Positions 25,697 to 38,642 of a stretch of DNA of 64,000 nt are shown here, in pieces (positions within the stretch are counted from its first letter, which is position 1; every line of letters starts with the position of its first letter). The notes beneath the pieces were generated by a model. The model was given only the letters and a program-made list of their open reading frames with translations. It was not told the DNA's origin and did not search any database. Position numbers and translations under genes: made by a program. Source of the stretch: Mobula hypostoma (Eukaryota); assembly GCF_963921235.1 (NCBI RefSeq), contig NC_086107.1, forward strand, positions 46,314,001 to 46,378,000, read 5' to 3'.

Positions 25697-28693
25697 TTAG
25701 AAAGGATGTGTGTGATTGGAGTGCAGCCTGCATTTAGTGCCAGTAGGCAAAAATTAGCCATTGTGGTCGAGCACCATTGGCACCAGCAGATCCCTGAGCG
25801 ATGGTTTGACCATGTCAGTGTGGACTTGTTTGGTCCTCTTCCCCCTTCTCATGGTGTCATGCACCTCCTTATCATGGTGGACAGTACCACCAGGTGGCCC
25901 AAGGTCATCCCTCTAGCATCGAGGGAGGCCACTGACATGGCTTGACCATTCATCAGCAGCTGGGTTGCTCAGTTTGGCACTCCATCTGATATTTCCCCTG
26001 ACCGTGGTCCCCAATTCACACCAACCTCTGGAGTGCAACGGCCTAGAACCTCGGTGTTAGGCTACATCACATCATGCTGTATCACCTGCAGTACAATGGC
26101 TGAGGTGAGCAGTTTCACTGCTTCTCTGACTGATCATGATCACCACCCCTGGGTCCTTCTGGGGCTCAGAAGGGCTCCAAAAGAGGACCTGCAGTCGTCC
26201 GTGGTTGACCTGGTATGTGGACAGCTATTATGAGTGCCAGATGATTTTATTCCTAATGCTATGTCTGTCTGGTCAGCCTCTCAACAGCTTTCTGCCCTTC
26301 TCTGTAAACTCAATTCCTTTGTACCTATTCCTACCTCCCATCATGACAGACAGTACTCTTGGATTCCTGTTGACCCACGTTCTGCCTCATTCATTTTCAT
26401 CGATCGTGATGCACACCAACATCCCTTTAGACCCCCTTATGATGGCCTGTTCTGCATTTTGGAACAGAGAGAAAAGACTTTAATCACAGATAGGACGGGT
26501 AAATCGGAATGTATTTCAGTAGATAGCCTTCAATTAGCCCACCAACATTTGAAGGATTCTGCTCCCATACTCCCAGCGTCACGACATGACCATGAGCGCG
26601 TCACCATACATCTGGACAAGCCAGAGGCACCTGCTGTTCCTCTACCCTTGGGACATCAGACCTGAGCCGGGCAGCTTGTCCAGGCTCCAGACAGGCTCAC
26701 AATGCCGGTTCTGGTGGATCCTGGGGGGCCTGTGTAGGGTAACATAATGGGTGGAAACGGACATAATTCAGAACCGTCTACATTGAATGGGGGTTCACTT
26801 TAAGAGGCTGCTCTGACCTGATGAGGTAATGACATAAAGTTTTTTACTGCAATTTGTGTTCTGTGCTTGGTTGAGAATAAAGTTGTTGTTACGGTTTTCC
26901 TTAAATGGAAAGCACCTCGACTGCTTTATTTACAAAAGCCTACACCTGGGTTTCCATGGGTTTGTTTCGCTTTAAACCCACTCCCTAAATTACTGAATCG
27001 GATGAAAGTAGGGTAGCAAATCAGAGACAACTTAATGAATTATACCTTGACACACCTTGTATACTGTACATAGACAATCTGAAATTATATGCTCCTTTAT
27101 CAGTAATTCAAAGAGCAGAACTAAAGATATCAACATGAACTTTATACTTAAACATAAAGAAAGGTGCAATAGAGCTAGTCAAATATAAAACAGAGCAGCA
27201 GGATATAGTACAACCAATGGATGAAAATGAAACATACAAGTATCTGGGATATCAACAAGTAAAGTAACTAAATCATATTGCAATAAAGGGGAAACTTTCA
27301 AAAGAATTTACATCAGGCTGAAGAAAATCTGCCAGACAGAGCTCAATAGAAAAAATATTACAAAGGCAATAAACACTTTCAATATACCCAGATTAACATA
27401 TTCCTTTGGCATAATATCTTGGTCCAAAACCGATCTGGAAAATTTACAAAGAAAAATAAGAACTGAAATGACAAACACAATGTACACTCGACCGCACTTG
27501 GATTAACACCATCTAGGACAGAAGGAGGAAGAGGAATAACAGGCATAAAACATTTACACAACAGTCAGGTAAAACTTCTCAGGATGTATTTTCATCAACA
27601 AAAATAGAATTCCACACTCCATGAGAACATGTGTAATTCTGATAAGAAGAACTAAACTTAAATGAAAGCACAACCCAGAAAAATGAAAAAGTTATCACTA
27701 TAGATGAGCATGACCTTTAATGGAAGACATCCTCACAATCTGAGCAGACTAGATGTCGACAATGAATTGTCAAACGCCTGGATCAGAGTTGGAGACCGCT
27801 TCCCAGAAACAGAGGGGTTCCTTGTAACAAAATAGGACCAGGTTGTTAACACACATAAAAATCAAAAATTTGTTAAAAACCCAACAAACTCAAGATGATA
27901 AGTGCAGAAAATGCCAAGAGAAACCAGAAACAACACAACACATTACAGGATCCTGTAGCAGTTTAACACAATCTGATTACTTACACAGGCACATCATTCA
28001 CCAAAATCTTGAGTTAAGATACAAACTCATAAAAGACACCATACCTTATTATAAATACAAGCCTGATCCAGTTTTATAGTCAGAGTTCTAAAATTACAGT
28101 ATATTACAAGCAACACACACAAAATGCTGGAGGAACTCAGAAGGCCAGGCAGCATCTATGGAAAAGAGTACAGTTGATGTTTTGGGCCAAGACTCTTTGG
28201 CAGGACCCTCCGGCATCTTGGATTTCCAGCATCTGCAGATTTTCTGTTGTTTGTGATTGGATATTACAAGCAATCCTTGATTACATAAAGGACAATCCAT
28301 AATAATTATCCGGAGATATATATATATATATATATTTTACAGGATAAACAAGCAAGAACAACTTACTTCCAAACTCACATAGCATACAGAAATCAATAAG
28401 TGAAAAACACCAGAAATATGCTGAATTAAAAGATGAAATTGAGAGACAATGGAACATGAACAGGGTACACATGGTCTCAGTTGTAACATCTACAAGTGGT
28501 ATCATCCAAATTCACTACAAAATAGCATTAAACAATTAGGCCTACACAGCAATATTTATGCAAATAGCTCGAAAGCCACAATACTAAACAGCACTAGAAC
28601 AGTCCGAAGGTTTTGAGCAATTGAGAAAGCAGTATGCTTGGCTCTGCCTATATCTGAAGTTTTACCAGCTGGAGCTCTGAAAAAAACATATTG

Positions 28694-29850
28694 GTGGCAT
28701 CCGTTAGTCTCGCGAGACCATGGATCTGCACCTGGAAAGTCTTGCTTCAGTCTGTGTTAGAGCAGCGTCTGTTGTGGCTGTAGAGGCCCACATGGGAGTG
28801 ACAGTTTCAGCTGCAGCGACTGCACTTGAAGGCACTGTCCTTCAGTGTTGTCTTGGTGCTGTTTTTTTGGCGAGTGCGCTTTTCTACAGCAGCAAGCATC
28901 AGCTTTTCTTCTCCTCTTTTTAGACCTCTGCGTAGTTCCAGCCTCCAGCAAGAGTGATGGCATGCAATGTTCTCCCACCTCTCAACGTTCATGTTCAATA
29001 ACTTCATGTCTCTCTTGTAGACATCTTTGAAACGAAGATGGGGCTGCCCTTGTGCTCTCTTGCCGGAGGCCAGTTCCCCGTACAGCAGGTCTTTCGGGAT
29101 CCTCCCATCTGACATGCGGTGTACGTGGCCCAGCCAGCGGAGACAGCGTTGTTGGAGCAGGGTGAAGAGGCTGTGTATCTGGGTGCAGACCAGGACCTCA
29201 TTGTTGGTGACTCAGTCAGTCCACTTGAGGTCTAGGATGCATCTCAGGCTGTGAAGGTGGAAGGTATTGAGATGCCGCTCTTGTCTGGAGTAGAGGCTCC
29301 AGGTCTCTCTGCCGTAAAGCAGTGTGCTGAGGACGCAGACCCTGTAGACTGCAACCTTGGTGTGCGTTGTCAGCTTTCTGTTCTCCCAGACTCTCTTTGT
29401 CAGGCTGGCAAATGTTGAGGCTGCTCGTCCGTTCCGCCTGTTGATCTCGGGTTCTAGGGAGAGACTGTCCGTGATGGTGGAGCCAAGGTATGTAAACTCG
29501 TGAACTACCTCCAGCTCGTAGTTGATGGTAATGGCAAGGGGATGCTCAACGCCTTGGCACAACACTTCAGGCTGATGGTCAAGCTGAAGTCCTAGCAGGC
29601 TCTTGAGAAGCTGTCCATGAGGCATTGCAGTTGCTCTTCAGAGTGTGTTGCCAGTGCCACGTCGTCTGCACACAACATGTCCCTGATGAGTACTTCATGA
29701 ACCTTGGTTTTCGCCTTCACCTAGGACAGACTGAACAGCCTCTCGTCCGATCTGGTGTGGAGGTAGACACCATCAGTTAATGTTCCAAAGGTGTGCTTCA
29801 GCATGACTGCGAAGCAGATGCCAAACAGGGTGGGGGCAAGCACACATAAT
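28694..29850 (-). mobile_element. RTE LINE 3' portion
   Basis: FTYLGSTIT, VYRVCVLSTLLYGRETW, LRWLGHVHRMSDGRIPKDLLYGEL. Confidence 0.85.
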
Positions 29851-29882
29851 AATAATAATATAATAATAATAATAATAATAAA
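29844..29882. repeat. (AAT)n microsatellite
   Basis: Direct inspection. Confidence 0.9.
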
Positions 29883-30764
29883 TGGGTATATAAGTAATAC
29901 TGTGGACATGAGTTGTAGAGTCCTTGAAAATGTGTCCATTGGTTGTGACATCAGTATAGTGTTGAGGTTATTCATGCTAGATCAGGAGCCTGATGGCTAA
30001 ATGGTAATAACCAGGTAGAGTGGGACCTGAGCTCTGTACCTCCTTCCCGATGGCAGCCACGAGAAGAGAACATAGTTTGGCTGGTGGAGGTCCTTGATAA
30101 TGGATACTGCTTTATCATGGCAGTGATCCTTCTAGATGTGCTCAGTGGTAGGCAGGGTTTTGCCTGTGACGGACTGGGCTGTATCTACTGATTTTTGTAT
30201 GCTTTTCTATAATTGGGCATTGGTGTTTCCATTCCAGGCCTTTATGCAACCAGCTAGGATACTCTTCACTGTACATCAATAAATGTTTGTTGAAGTTTTC
30301 GATGACATGCTGAATCTGAACAAATTTCCAAGAAACCAGAGGGACTGTCATGCCTTCCTTGCAATGTTACTTATGTGGTGGTCCAGAGCAGATCCTCTGA
30401 AATGGTATCAGCCAGAAATTTAAAGTTCTGACCTCTCTCCCTTTGATCTCCTAATGAGAATTGGAACATGGACGTCCAATTTCTTCCTCCTGTAGTTAAT
30501 AATCAACCCTTTGGTTTTGCTGCTGTTGAGAGAGAGGTTGTTGTGGCACTATAAAGCCAGATTTACAATCTCCTTCCTACATGCCAATTCATTACCACTT
30601 TTGATTTGGCAGTTGTGTGACCAGCAAAATTATATTGCTTAAATTGGTGAATGTCAGTGCATGTGATCATCAGCAAAAAAAGGGGCAATTGTCAATATTC
30701 AGTGTTGCCTGCCCTACCTGAACATGTTTTCTTTCAGTGTTAATAAGTCAAGTCAAGTCAAGTC

Positions 30765-30948
30765 AAGCAACACACATAAAAGTTGCTGGTGAACGCAGCA
30801 GGCCAGGCAGCATCTCTAGGAAGAGGTACAGTCGACGTTTTGGGCCGAGACCCTTCGTCAGGTCCTGGCCCGAAACGTCGGCTGTACCTCTTCCTAGAGA
30901 TGCTGCCTGGCCTGCTGCATTCACCAGCAACTTTTATGTGTGTTGCTT
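30765..30948. repeat. Near-perfect palindrome derived from a Penelope-like terminal sequence
   Basis: 82-bp arms (30765-30846 and 30867-30948) with 3 mismatches and a 20-nt loop. Confidence 0.9.
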
Positions 30949-31687
30949 GAAATTCCAGCATCTACAGATTTCCTCGTGTTCAAGTGAAGTCGTCACTTTT
31001 TATTGTCATTTTGACCATAACTGCTGGTACAGTTACACAGTAAAAACGACACAAAATTTTTCAGCACCATAGTGCTACATGAAACAATACAAAAACTACA
31101 CTGAACTACATAAAACAACACAAAAACTACACTAGACTACAGACCTACCCAGGACTGCATAAAGTGCACAAAACAGTGCAGGCATTACAATAAATAATAA
31201 ACAAAACAATATGCACAGTAGAGGGCAGTAGGTTGGTGTCAGTCCAGGCTCTGGGTATTGAGGAGTCTGATGGCTCGGGGGAAGAAACTGTTACATAGTC
31301 TGGTCATGAGAGCCCGAATGCTTCGGTGCCTTTTGCCAGATGGCAGGAGGGAGAAGACTTTGTATGAGGGGTGCATGGGGTCCTTCATAATGCTGTTTGC
31401 TTTGTGGATGCAGCGTGTGGTGTAAATAAATAATAAGTGATTCCATATCTACCAAACTGAGGCAAAGAAAGTTCAGCTGTTTTGAGGAATGTGGGCGTTC
31501 ATTCCAGAAATATCTCTAGACTGCGGTTTAAAGAATTGTTGTGTACAAATTTACAATCTGACAGAAATCAGTCAGGAAAACCTTACCATATTTGATGTCT
31601 CCACGAATAAAATATCTGTCAGTCTACAAAGACTTTACTGTTATATTGGTTCAGTTCATAGTCCACAAACTAAGGTGCAGAAATGAT

Positions 31688-31699
31688 GAAAGTGAAACT
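31688..31699 (+). promoter_or_regulatory. ISRE/IRF-binding element-like motif
   Basis: GAAAGTGAAACT matches GAAANNGAAACT and lies about 70 bp upstream of the leader ATG. Confidence 0.6.
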
Positions 31700-31767
31700 A
31701 ATAATCTTTTGAAACTGAAGATCTGCAAGAACCAGCAGCACAAGAAAAAAAATCTTCTGTTTTAATA

Positions 31768-31819
31768 ATGGGAATCTTAAGTCTGTCCGCCCTTGTGATG
31801 TCTTCCATTTTATATTCAG
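31768..31819 (+). CDS. ncr3lg1-like: B7-H6-like gene exon 1, signal peptide (MGILSLSALVMSSILYS-G)
   Basis: Strong Kozak ATAATGG, hydrophobic core, and donor CAG|GTAAGA in phase 1 matching the IgV exon. Confidence 0.8.
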
Positions 31820-33149
31820 GTAAGACACCAGAGGTTTGCATTCTCTTGGGTCAAAGTTAAAAACATTGTTAGCCTGGACAATCAAATGTGGATCATGAAT
31901 TGCTGTTTTCCTTTAGGAAGGTTTTCCTACGCACTTGTAAAACCTGCCTTTTGCCACAGCATGTGTCGATCTTAGTGATTTATCAAAACTTTAATGATTT
32001 CAGATATTATTAATTAAAAACTATTTTTAAAAAAGTTTCCAACAATTTTAAGGCAGCATTAAACTATAAGGTTTAAGGATATTCATTCTGAAAATCTCAT
32101 CAAAATATAGACATTACCTGCAAGAGAGGTAGTTTAAGCTTTCACAATCTCCTTCCTCTTCCTTATACCACACTTTGTATACAATTTCAGGGAAATATAT
32201 CTTGTACTATATCAACAAATCCATACTGTATTGTTGCCAAATTCACGATCTGTAAGCTGTACAGAAGAAAATTACACAAATGGTGGAATTTGATCTCTAT
32301 GCCAGTTGTGTTGCTTATAATTCCAGTCATTAGTTTGGTATTACCTAATTTACACTTTTCAGATACTTAAATGTATCCGTACAAGAACGTATGCACAAAA
32401 ATGAATGTATATTTTCTCTGTACATTTCCCTTTATTCCTTTAATAATTACTAAAGTATTGCTTAATAATGCATATTCATAAAAGTACCATTTAATGTGTA
32501 CTGCAATAATGTCACTATCTTTTCTTACCAATTTTTTAAACTCTATAGTACTTAAATGGTTGAGGATTAGACAATGATAAATATTTCTTGGTGTCTTGAG
32601 TAAGTAAACGATAGATAGAATTTCAGTGTGTAATCAAAGTGCATGCAACTGAAATGATCTTCATTGGTAAAAACCTGACTTTACCAAGAAACTGTTCCAA
32701 ATCAGTGGCAAGTTTTCTGGATGTACATTAGCCAACTTTCCTCTTCCTTTTCATGCTTTCAGATAAAAGATTATTCGTGGCCTTGTTCAAATTGCTCATC
32801 TTTTGCCTGACGTGTCTTACTCAGTGCTGCAATTGTCAATGTCAAAGTATCTGACTTCCTGAGTTACGACAGCAAATATTGTGACCTTGGAGCTTGTAGT
32901 TTACTAGCATGATGAGGTTTTGTACTAGAATGTGAGTGAAGGAATGTGGCATTCTGCAAGTTAACCATAAATTGGAGCTGTGGAATTTTCACCTGAGAGA
33001 AGTCCTCATCCTGATACAAGTGTCGTTTTAAATAAAAGATCAGGGTTATTGATGCTTGTAGGACAGTGTAAGTTTATTATTTCTAAATAGTATTGATAAA
33101 ACTCATTCCATTTCGGTTTCTTTAAGTTGATATGGCCAGTGGTACGCTG

Positions 33150-33744
33150 AGAGATTGATGGCTGGGTCCTCTGCTTTTTGTCGAATACACTTAGTTGTCA
33201 TTTTATTAGGTAGACCTGTACACCTGCTCACTAATGCAATCATGTGGCAGCAGCTCAATGCATAAAAGCATGCAGACATAGTCAAAGTGTTCAGTTGCTG
33301 TTCAGACCAAATATCAAAATGGGGAAGAAATGTGACCTAAGTGACTTTGGCAGTGGAGTAATTATTCATGCCAGATGGGGTGGTTTGAGTATCTCAGAAA
33401 CTGCTGATCTTCCCTGATTTTCTGGCACAGCAGTTTCTAAACTTTACAGAGAACGGTACGAAATCAAAAAAAAATCATCCAGTGAGTGGTATCTGTGTGG
33501 GTGGGAACTCCTTGATAATGAGCAAGGTCAGAGGAGAATGTCCAGACAGGTTCAAGCTGACAGGAAGGTGACAATAACTCAGATAATCACACATTACAAT
33601 AGTGTGTGCAGAAAGTTATCTCTGCATGCACAACACGTCAAGTCTTGAAGCGGATGGGCTATAGCAGCAGAAGACCATGAACATACACACCGTGGCCACT
33701 TTATTAGGTACAGGAGATACCTGGTCAAGTGGCCACTGAGTGTA
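33150..33744 (+). mobile_element. Tc1-like deletion derivative, same family as 19150-19663
   Basis: DLSDFGSGVII.ARWGGLSISETA remnant; terminal GTGGCCACTGAGTGTA. Confidence 0.75.
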
Positions 33745-34769
33745 TATTAATAATTTAGATGAGGAGGTAGGTGGCACGAGTAGTAAGTTTGTGGGCGACA
33801 CCAAAATCAATGTGGTAGACAGTCATGAAGCTTGTCTAAGATTACCTCAGGAACTTAACCAACCAGCAAAATGAGCAAAGGAAAGGCAGGTGGAACTTAA
33901 TTAGATAAAGTTTACACACATCTCTCAAGTGCCCTTGCTTGTCTTTCAAGTTTATTTATTTGTTTGTTTGTTTAAATCTTACATCCATCCCACAACGCGA
34001 GGGAGTAAAAATCTCTGCGTTGTTTGGAATTACAAAACATAACAAAGTGGTAGAATCAAGTACATTAAGGCAATTTAAGAAACTCTAAGGTAAGCACATG
34101 GATGACTGGAAAATGGAGAGCTATGTAGGAGGGAAGGGTTAGATTGATCTTAGAATAGTTTACAAGGTTGGTACAACATTGTAAGATGAAGGGCCTGTAC
34201 TGTGCTGTGGTGTTCTACAGTATGTTTCATGTTTTATGTTTGAAGTCTGAGGTAATGCATTTTGGAAAAGTATATCAGTGCAGTACATGAACAGTGAGTG
34301 ACAGGGACCTGGGGCTTATTGTGGAATAGAGAGGCCTAGAGGTACGAGTACATTTGTAGTTCCCCGAAAATGGTGACACAGGTATACTATATGACAAAAA
34401 AGGAATTGGGCATGCCTTACTTCAGCACATGGGGCATTGGGGGCATTGAGTACAAGAGTTCTGATGCCATGGTGCAGCTTTATAAAAAATTAATAGGGAA
34501 CTGAGGAGCAAGTTTTTCACATAGACCGTTGTGGGTATATGAGTCAAGCTGCTCGGGGGTACGATTACAATGTTCAAAAGACATTTGGACAGGCTCATGG
34601 ATAGGAAAGCCTTAGAGGGATGTGGACCAAATGCGGAAAAAAGGGACTAACTCAGGAGGACACCTTGTTCATCACGTGCAAGAGACTTTTTCCGTCTGAT
34701 GTATATCTCTATGGCCCTTTGACTCCACTGTTCTGAAAGGACAGTCCAACCAACCTATCCATAGAATAA

Positions 34770-36600
34770 TAATACCCTGAAAGAATCCAATCTCAAACAA
34801 GAAGAAATCTACAGATGCTGGAAATCTGAGCAACACACGCAAAATGCTGGAGGAACTCAGCAGGCCAGGCAGCATCTATGGAAAAAAGTACAATCAACGA
34901 TTTGGGCCGAAACCCTTCGGCAGGACTGGAGAAGAAAAGCTGAGGAGTGCATTTAAAACGTTAGGGAGGGGAGAGAGACACACAAGGTGATAGGTGAAAC
35001 CTGAAGGGGGAGGGATGAAGTAAAGAGCTGGGAAGTTGATTGGTGAAAGAGATACAGGGCTGAAGAAGGGGGAGTCTGATAGAACAGAACAGAAGGCCAT
35101 GGAAGAAAGAAGAGGAAGGAGGAGCACCACAAGGAGACAATGGGCGGGTGGGAGAGGAGATAAGGTGAGAGAGGGGAAAGGAGATGGGGAAAGGTGAAGG
35201 GGTGGCATTAATGGAAGTTCTAGAAATCAAAGTTCCTGCCATCAGGTTAGAGGTTACCCAAACAGAATATAGGGTGTTGTTCCTCCAACCTAAATGTGGC
35301 ATCATGACGACAGTGGAGGCGGCCATGGATGGACGTATCGGAATAGGAATGGGTCGTGGTATTAAAACGGTTGGCCACTGGGAGATCCCGCTTCTTCTGG
35401 CGGACGGACCGTAGGTGCTCGGTGAAACTCTCCCAATCTACGTCGGGTCTCACCGATATACAGGAGGCCACACTGGGAGCACCGTACACAGTATATAACC
35501 CCAACAGACTCACAGATGAAGTGTCGTCTCACCTGGAAGGACTGGTTGAGGCCCTGAATGGTAGTGAGGGAAGAGGTGTAGGGGCAGGCGTAGCACTTGT
35601 TCTGCTTGCAAGGATAAGTGCCAGGAGGTAGATCAGTAGAGAGGGATGAATGGGCAAAGGAGTCGCTTTGGGAATGACTCCTGTGGAAAGCAGAAAGTGG
35701 GGGGTGGAAAGTTGTTCTTGGTGATGGGATCCCATGGGAGATGGTGGAAGTTATGGGGTATTATGTTCTGGATGCGGAGACTGGTGGGGCGGTAGGTGAG
35801 GACAAAAGGAACCCTATCTCTGGTATAGTGGCAGCAGGAAGGTGTGACAGCAGATGTGCATGAAATGGAAGAGATGCGGTTGTGGGCAGCGTTGATGGTG
35901 GAGGAAGGGAAACCACTTTCTTTGAGGAAGGAGGACATCTCCTACATTCTGGAATGAAAAGCCTCATCCTGAGAGCAGATGTGGCAGAGACAGATGAAAT
36001 AAGAGAAGGGGATGGTGTTTTTTCAAGTAACAGGATGGGAGGAGGTATAGTCCAGGTAGTTGTGAGAGTCCGTGGGTTTTGTAATAGACATCAGTAGATA
36101 ATCTGTCTTCAGAGACAGAGACAGAGCGATTGAGAAAGAGGAGCGAGGTGTCAGAAGTGGGCGAGGTAAATTTCAGGGCAGGGTGGAAATTGGAGGCAAA
36201 ATGAATGAAGTCAACAAGTTCAGCATGGGTGCAGGAAACAGCACCAATGCCGTCATCAGTGTAGCGTAGGAAAAGTCCCTCCCCACTGATCTCCCTCCTG
36301 GCACTTATCCTTGCAAACAGAACAAGTGCTACACCTGCCCCTACACCTCGTCCCTCACTACCATTCAGGGGTCCAAACAGTCCTTCCAGGTGAGGCGACA
36401 CTTCACCTGTGAGTCTGTTGGGGTCATATACTGTGCCTGGTGCTCCTGGTGTGGCCTCATTTATATCGGTGAGATCCGATGTACATTGGGAGTCCGCTTC
36501 ACCGAGCACTTAGGCTCCATCCACCAGAAAAAGTGGCATCTCTCAGTGGCCACCCATATTAATTCCACTTCCCATTCCCATTCCGATATGTCCATGACAC
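34770..36600 (-). mobile_element. Penelope-like element (RT and GIY-YIG remnants) with an inverted segment at about 36283-36600
   Basis: LFLRYTDD.IGAVSCTHAELVDFIHFASNFHPALKFT (RT) on the - strand; FTCESVGVIYC.WCS.CGLIYIGE (GIY-YIG) on the + strand. Confidence 0.85.
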
Positions 36601-37087
36601 CTACAGTAGCATAAGGAAAGCAGCATATTTTTATTGTGATTCCTCCTACTACTCAGCCATGGTCCCTTTTTAATATCTGCTGATGCAGAACAGCAGAAGA
36701 CAGCAGAAAGAAAATCAGAGGGTGATTGGATTTCATTCACACTGGTCACAGGCCTCCATTCTGAAACACAGCCACCCACTAACATTCCCCCTGATGTAGG
36801 GCTTAGACCCAAGATGTTGACAATTCCTTTTCTACCACAGATACTGCTCGACCCTCTGAGTTCTTCCTGCAGATTGTTTGTTAGTCCCCATTAGTAACCT
36901 CTGCTTCCTTCCATCAAACCAATTTTGTAACCAGTTAGCTGCCTTGTCCTGAACCTTCGTAATTTCACTATCCAGACAAATCTACCATGTTTGAACAACA
37001 GATGGTTTAAGCATTCATCATGTATTCTTCCATCTATTTGTGATATTAAAGCTAATCAATGACTTACTACTTTAACTTATTTTAAAG

Positions 37088-37426
37088 GTGCTTTGGAATT
37101 GGAGATATTTTCCTCTCCACTGGAAGTTTCAGTAAATGAAGATGTTCTTCTAAAATGCATATACAGTAAACCAGAACATGATCTCAGCCATGTAGCTGTT
37201 CAATGGTCTTATAAATCTCAAACATCTCAGAAGGAACTGTATATATTTAATGGAGGGATTCATCAACCTAACAGAAGCGGTGCACAGATTTTTGAAGATG
37301 CATTACAGAATGGAAATGCTTCACTTTACCTCCCGAAAGTACAACTTAATGAAGAAGGAAATTATACCTGCACTGTTTATCTCACCCCAAATAAAGGTGA
37401 AAAGACTTCAAAGATGCTTGTTTCAG
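37088..37426 (+). CDS. ncr3lg1-like: B7-H6-like gene exon 2, IgV domain
   Basis: AG/GT-bounded, 339 nt, phase 1-1. Has canonical C, W and GNASLYLPKVQLNEEGNYTCTVYLTP.K, which closely resembles the human B7-H6 V-domain segment as recalled (GDASLRLP.IQLEEAGEYRCEV..TP.K). Confidence 0.9.
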
Positions 37427-38139
37427 GTAAGAAAAAGATCTTTCACTTTGCTCATTAATAACATTATTAGTCATGTTTATTTGCTGATGACTTTGCAACG
37501 TAAACAACCAGATCCCGTGTTGTCTGCTACCAGAAGTGTCTGTGAATAGGGAATGAGAGTTGCAATTACTGATATCAGTCAGATTCATTCTGCACAGGCA
37601 TCCCAAGGAAAGGGATTCTTGTCTGTCTTGCTCTTTTCTTCTTTCTCCTCTTCCTTCTTGTCCTTGCCTTGATCTTCTTGTTCTTCTCCCTCAACTGATT
37701 GTTATGTTGCATTTGATAAAGTTTGGCTCTAAAAAGTAACAATCTTATGTAGTGTGCAGTAGACCATTACTAATTTTGACACTCAATCATATCTTGTAGA
37801 ACAGTTCAAGTGATGGAGGTGTTAGTCCAGTCGGCCACTGCCCCACTCCATCATGCTTCACATGAAGCATATACGTTATATTTTTACGGTGATTGCATGT
37901 GCTTGGATTATGCGTCACAGCTATCTGGCCTTGGAGCCAGCCTATTACCTACTGTGGCAACTCAAGTAAAGATGGCTTTCTGCACTGACACAAAGTGAAG
38001 GCTTCATATCTGGTGCCTATACTAGAGGTCATGGGCCAGTTAGATCTGTTCAAATGTGAGCTTTGACTAATGAGTGGAATCCCAATTTTGTAACTTTAGA
38101 ATTGAATCACTTTTGCACACTAACACGCAACGATTGAGG

Positions 38140-38642
38140 AAGTTTGGTATGGGCCCACAGATCCTAAGAACTTTCTACAAGGGCACACTTGAGAGCATCC
38201 TGACTCTGCATCACTGCCTGGTATGGGAAGTGTACCTCTCTTAATCACAGGATTCTGCAGAGAGTGGTGTGGACAGCCCAGCACATCTGTAGTTGTAAAC
38301 TTGCCATAATTCAGGACATTTACAAAGACAGGTGTGAAAAAAGTGCCCGAAAGATCATTGGGACCCGAGTCACCCCAATCTATTCTAGCTGTTACTATCC
38401 AGGAAACGGTAGCGGAGCATAAAAGCCAGGACCAACAGGCTCCGAGACAGCTTCTTCCACCAGGCCGTCAGACTGATTAACTCACACTGACTTGAGTGTA
38501 TTTCTATGTTACATTGTCTGTTCTATTTATTATAAATTACTATGATTGCACATTGCACATTTAGACGGATATGTAACGTAAAGATTTTTACTCCTCATGT
38601 CTGTGAAGGATGTTAGAAATAAAGTCAATTCAATTCAATTCC
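38140..38642 (+). mobile_element. Rex/Babar-like LINE 3' fragment, same family as 3600-4146
   Basis: High similarity to 3640-4130; (CAATT)n tail. Confidence 0.8.

Larger units (their letters stand above)
23010..26944 (+). mobile_element. Gypsy LTR retrotransposon (protease-RT-RNaseH-integrase remnant and 3' LTR 26733-26944)
   Basis: LLSADFL (protease region), LDYILVAS, HIKGRNNAEADCLSR, FDHVSVDLFGPLPPS...VDSTTRWP; G-rich PPT followed by an LTR with TGTAGG...CCTACA ends. Confidence 0.85.
21850..28680 (+). mobile_element. R4/Dong-clade (RLE) non-LTR retrotransposon remnant, split by nested insertions at about 23010-26944
   Basis: LTEGKTYLL.K...PITCL, EQKGCCKGVKGCKEHL, YKYLG, ETEGFL...QDQV and CRKCQEKPETTQHITGSC...YL.RH (CCHC knuckle). 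Confidence 0.75.

Noticed and set aside
31502-31510. GAS/STAT site TTCCAGAAA
   Set aside because: Does not match TTCNNNGAA and is likely to occur by chance.
32909-32931. Alternative leader exon ATGATGAGG...|GTGAGT
   Set aside because: Phase 2 does not match the phase-1 IgV exon, and the peptide is not hydrophobic.
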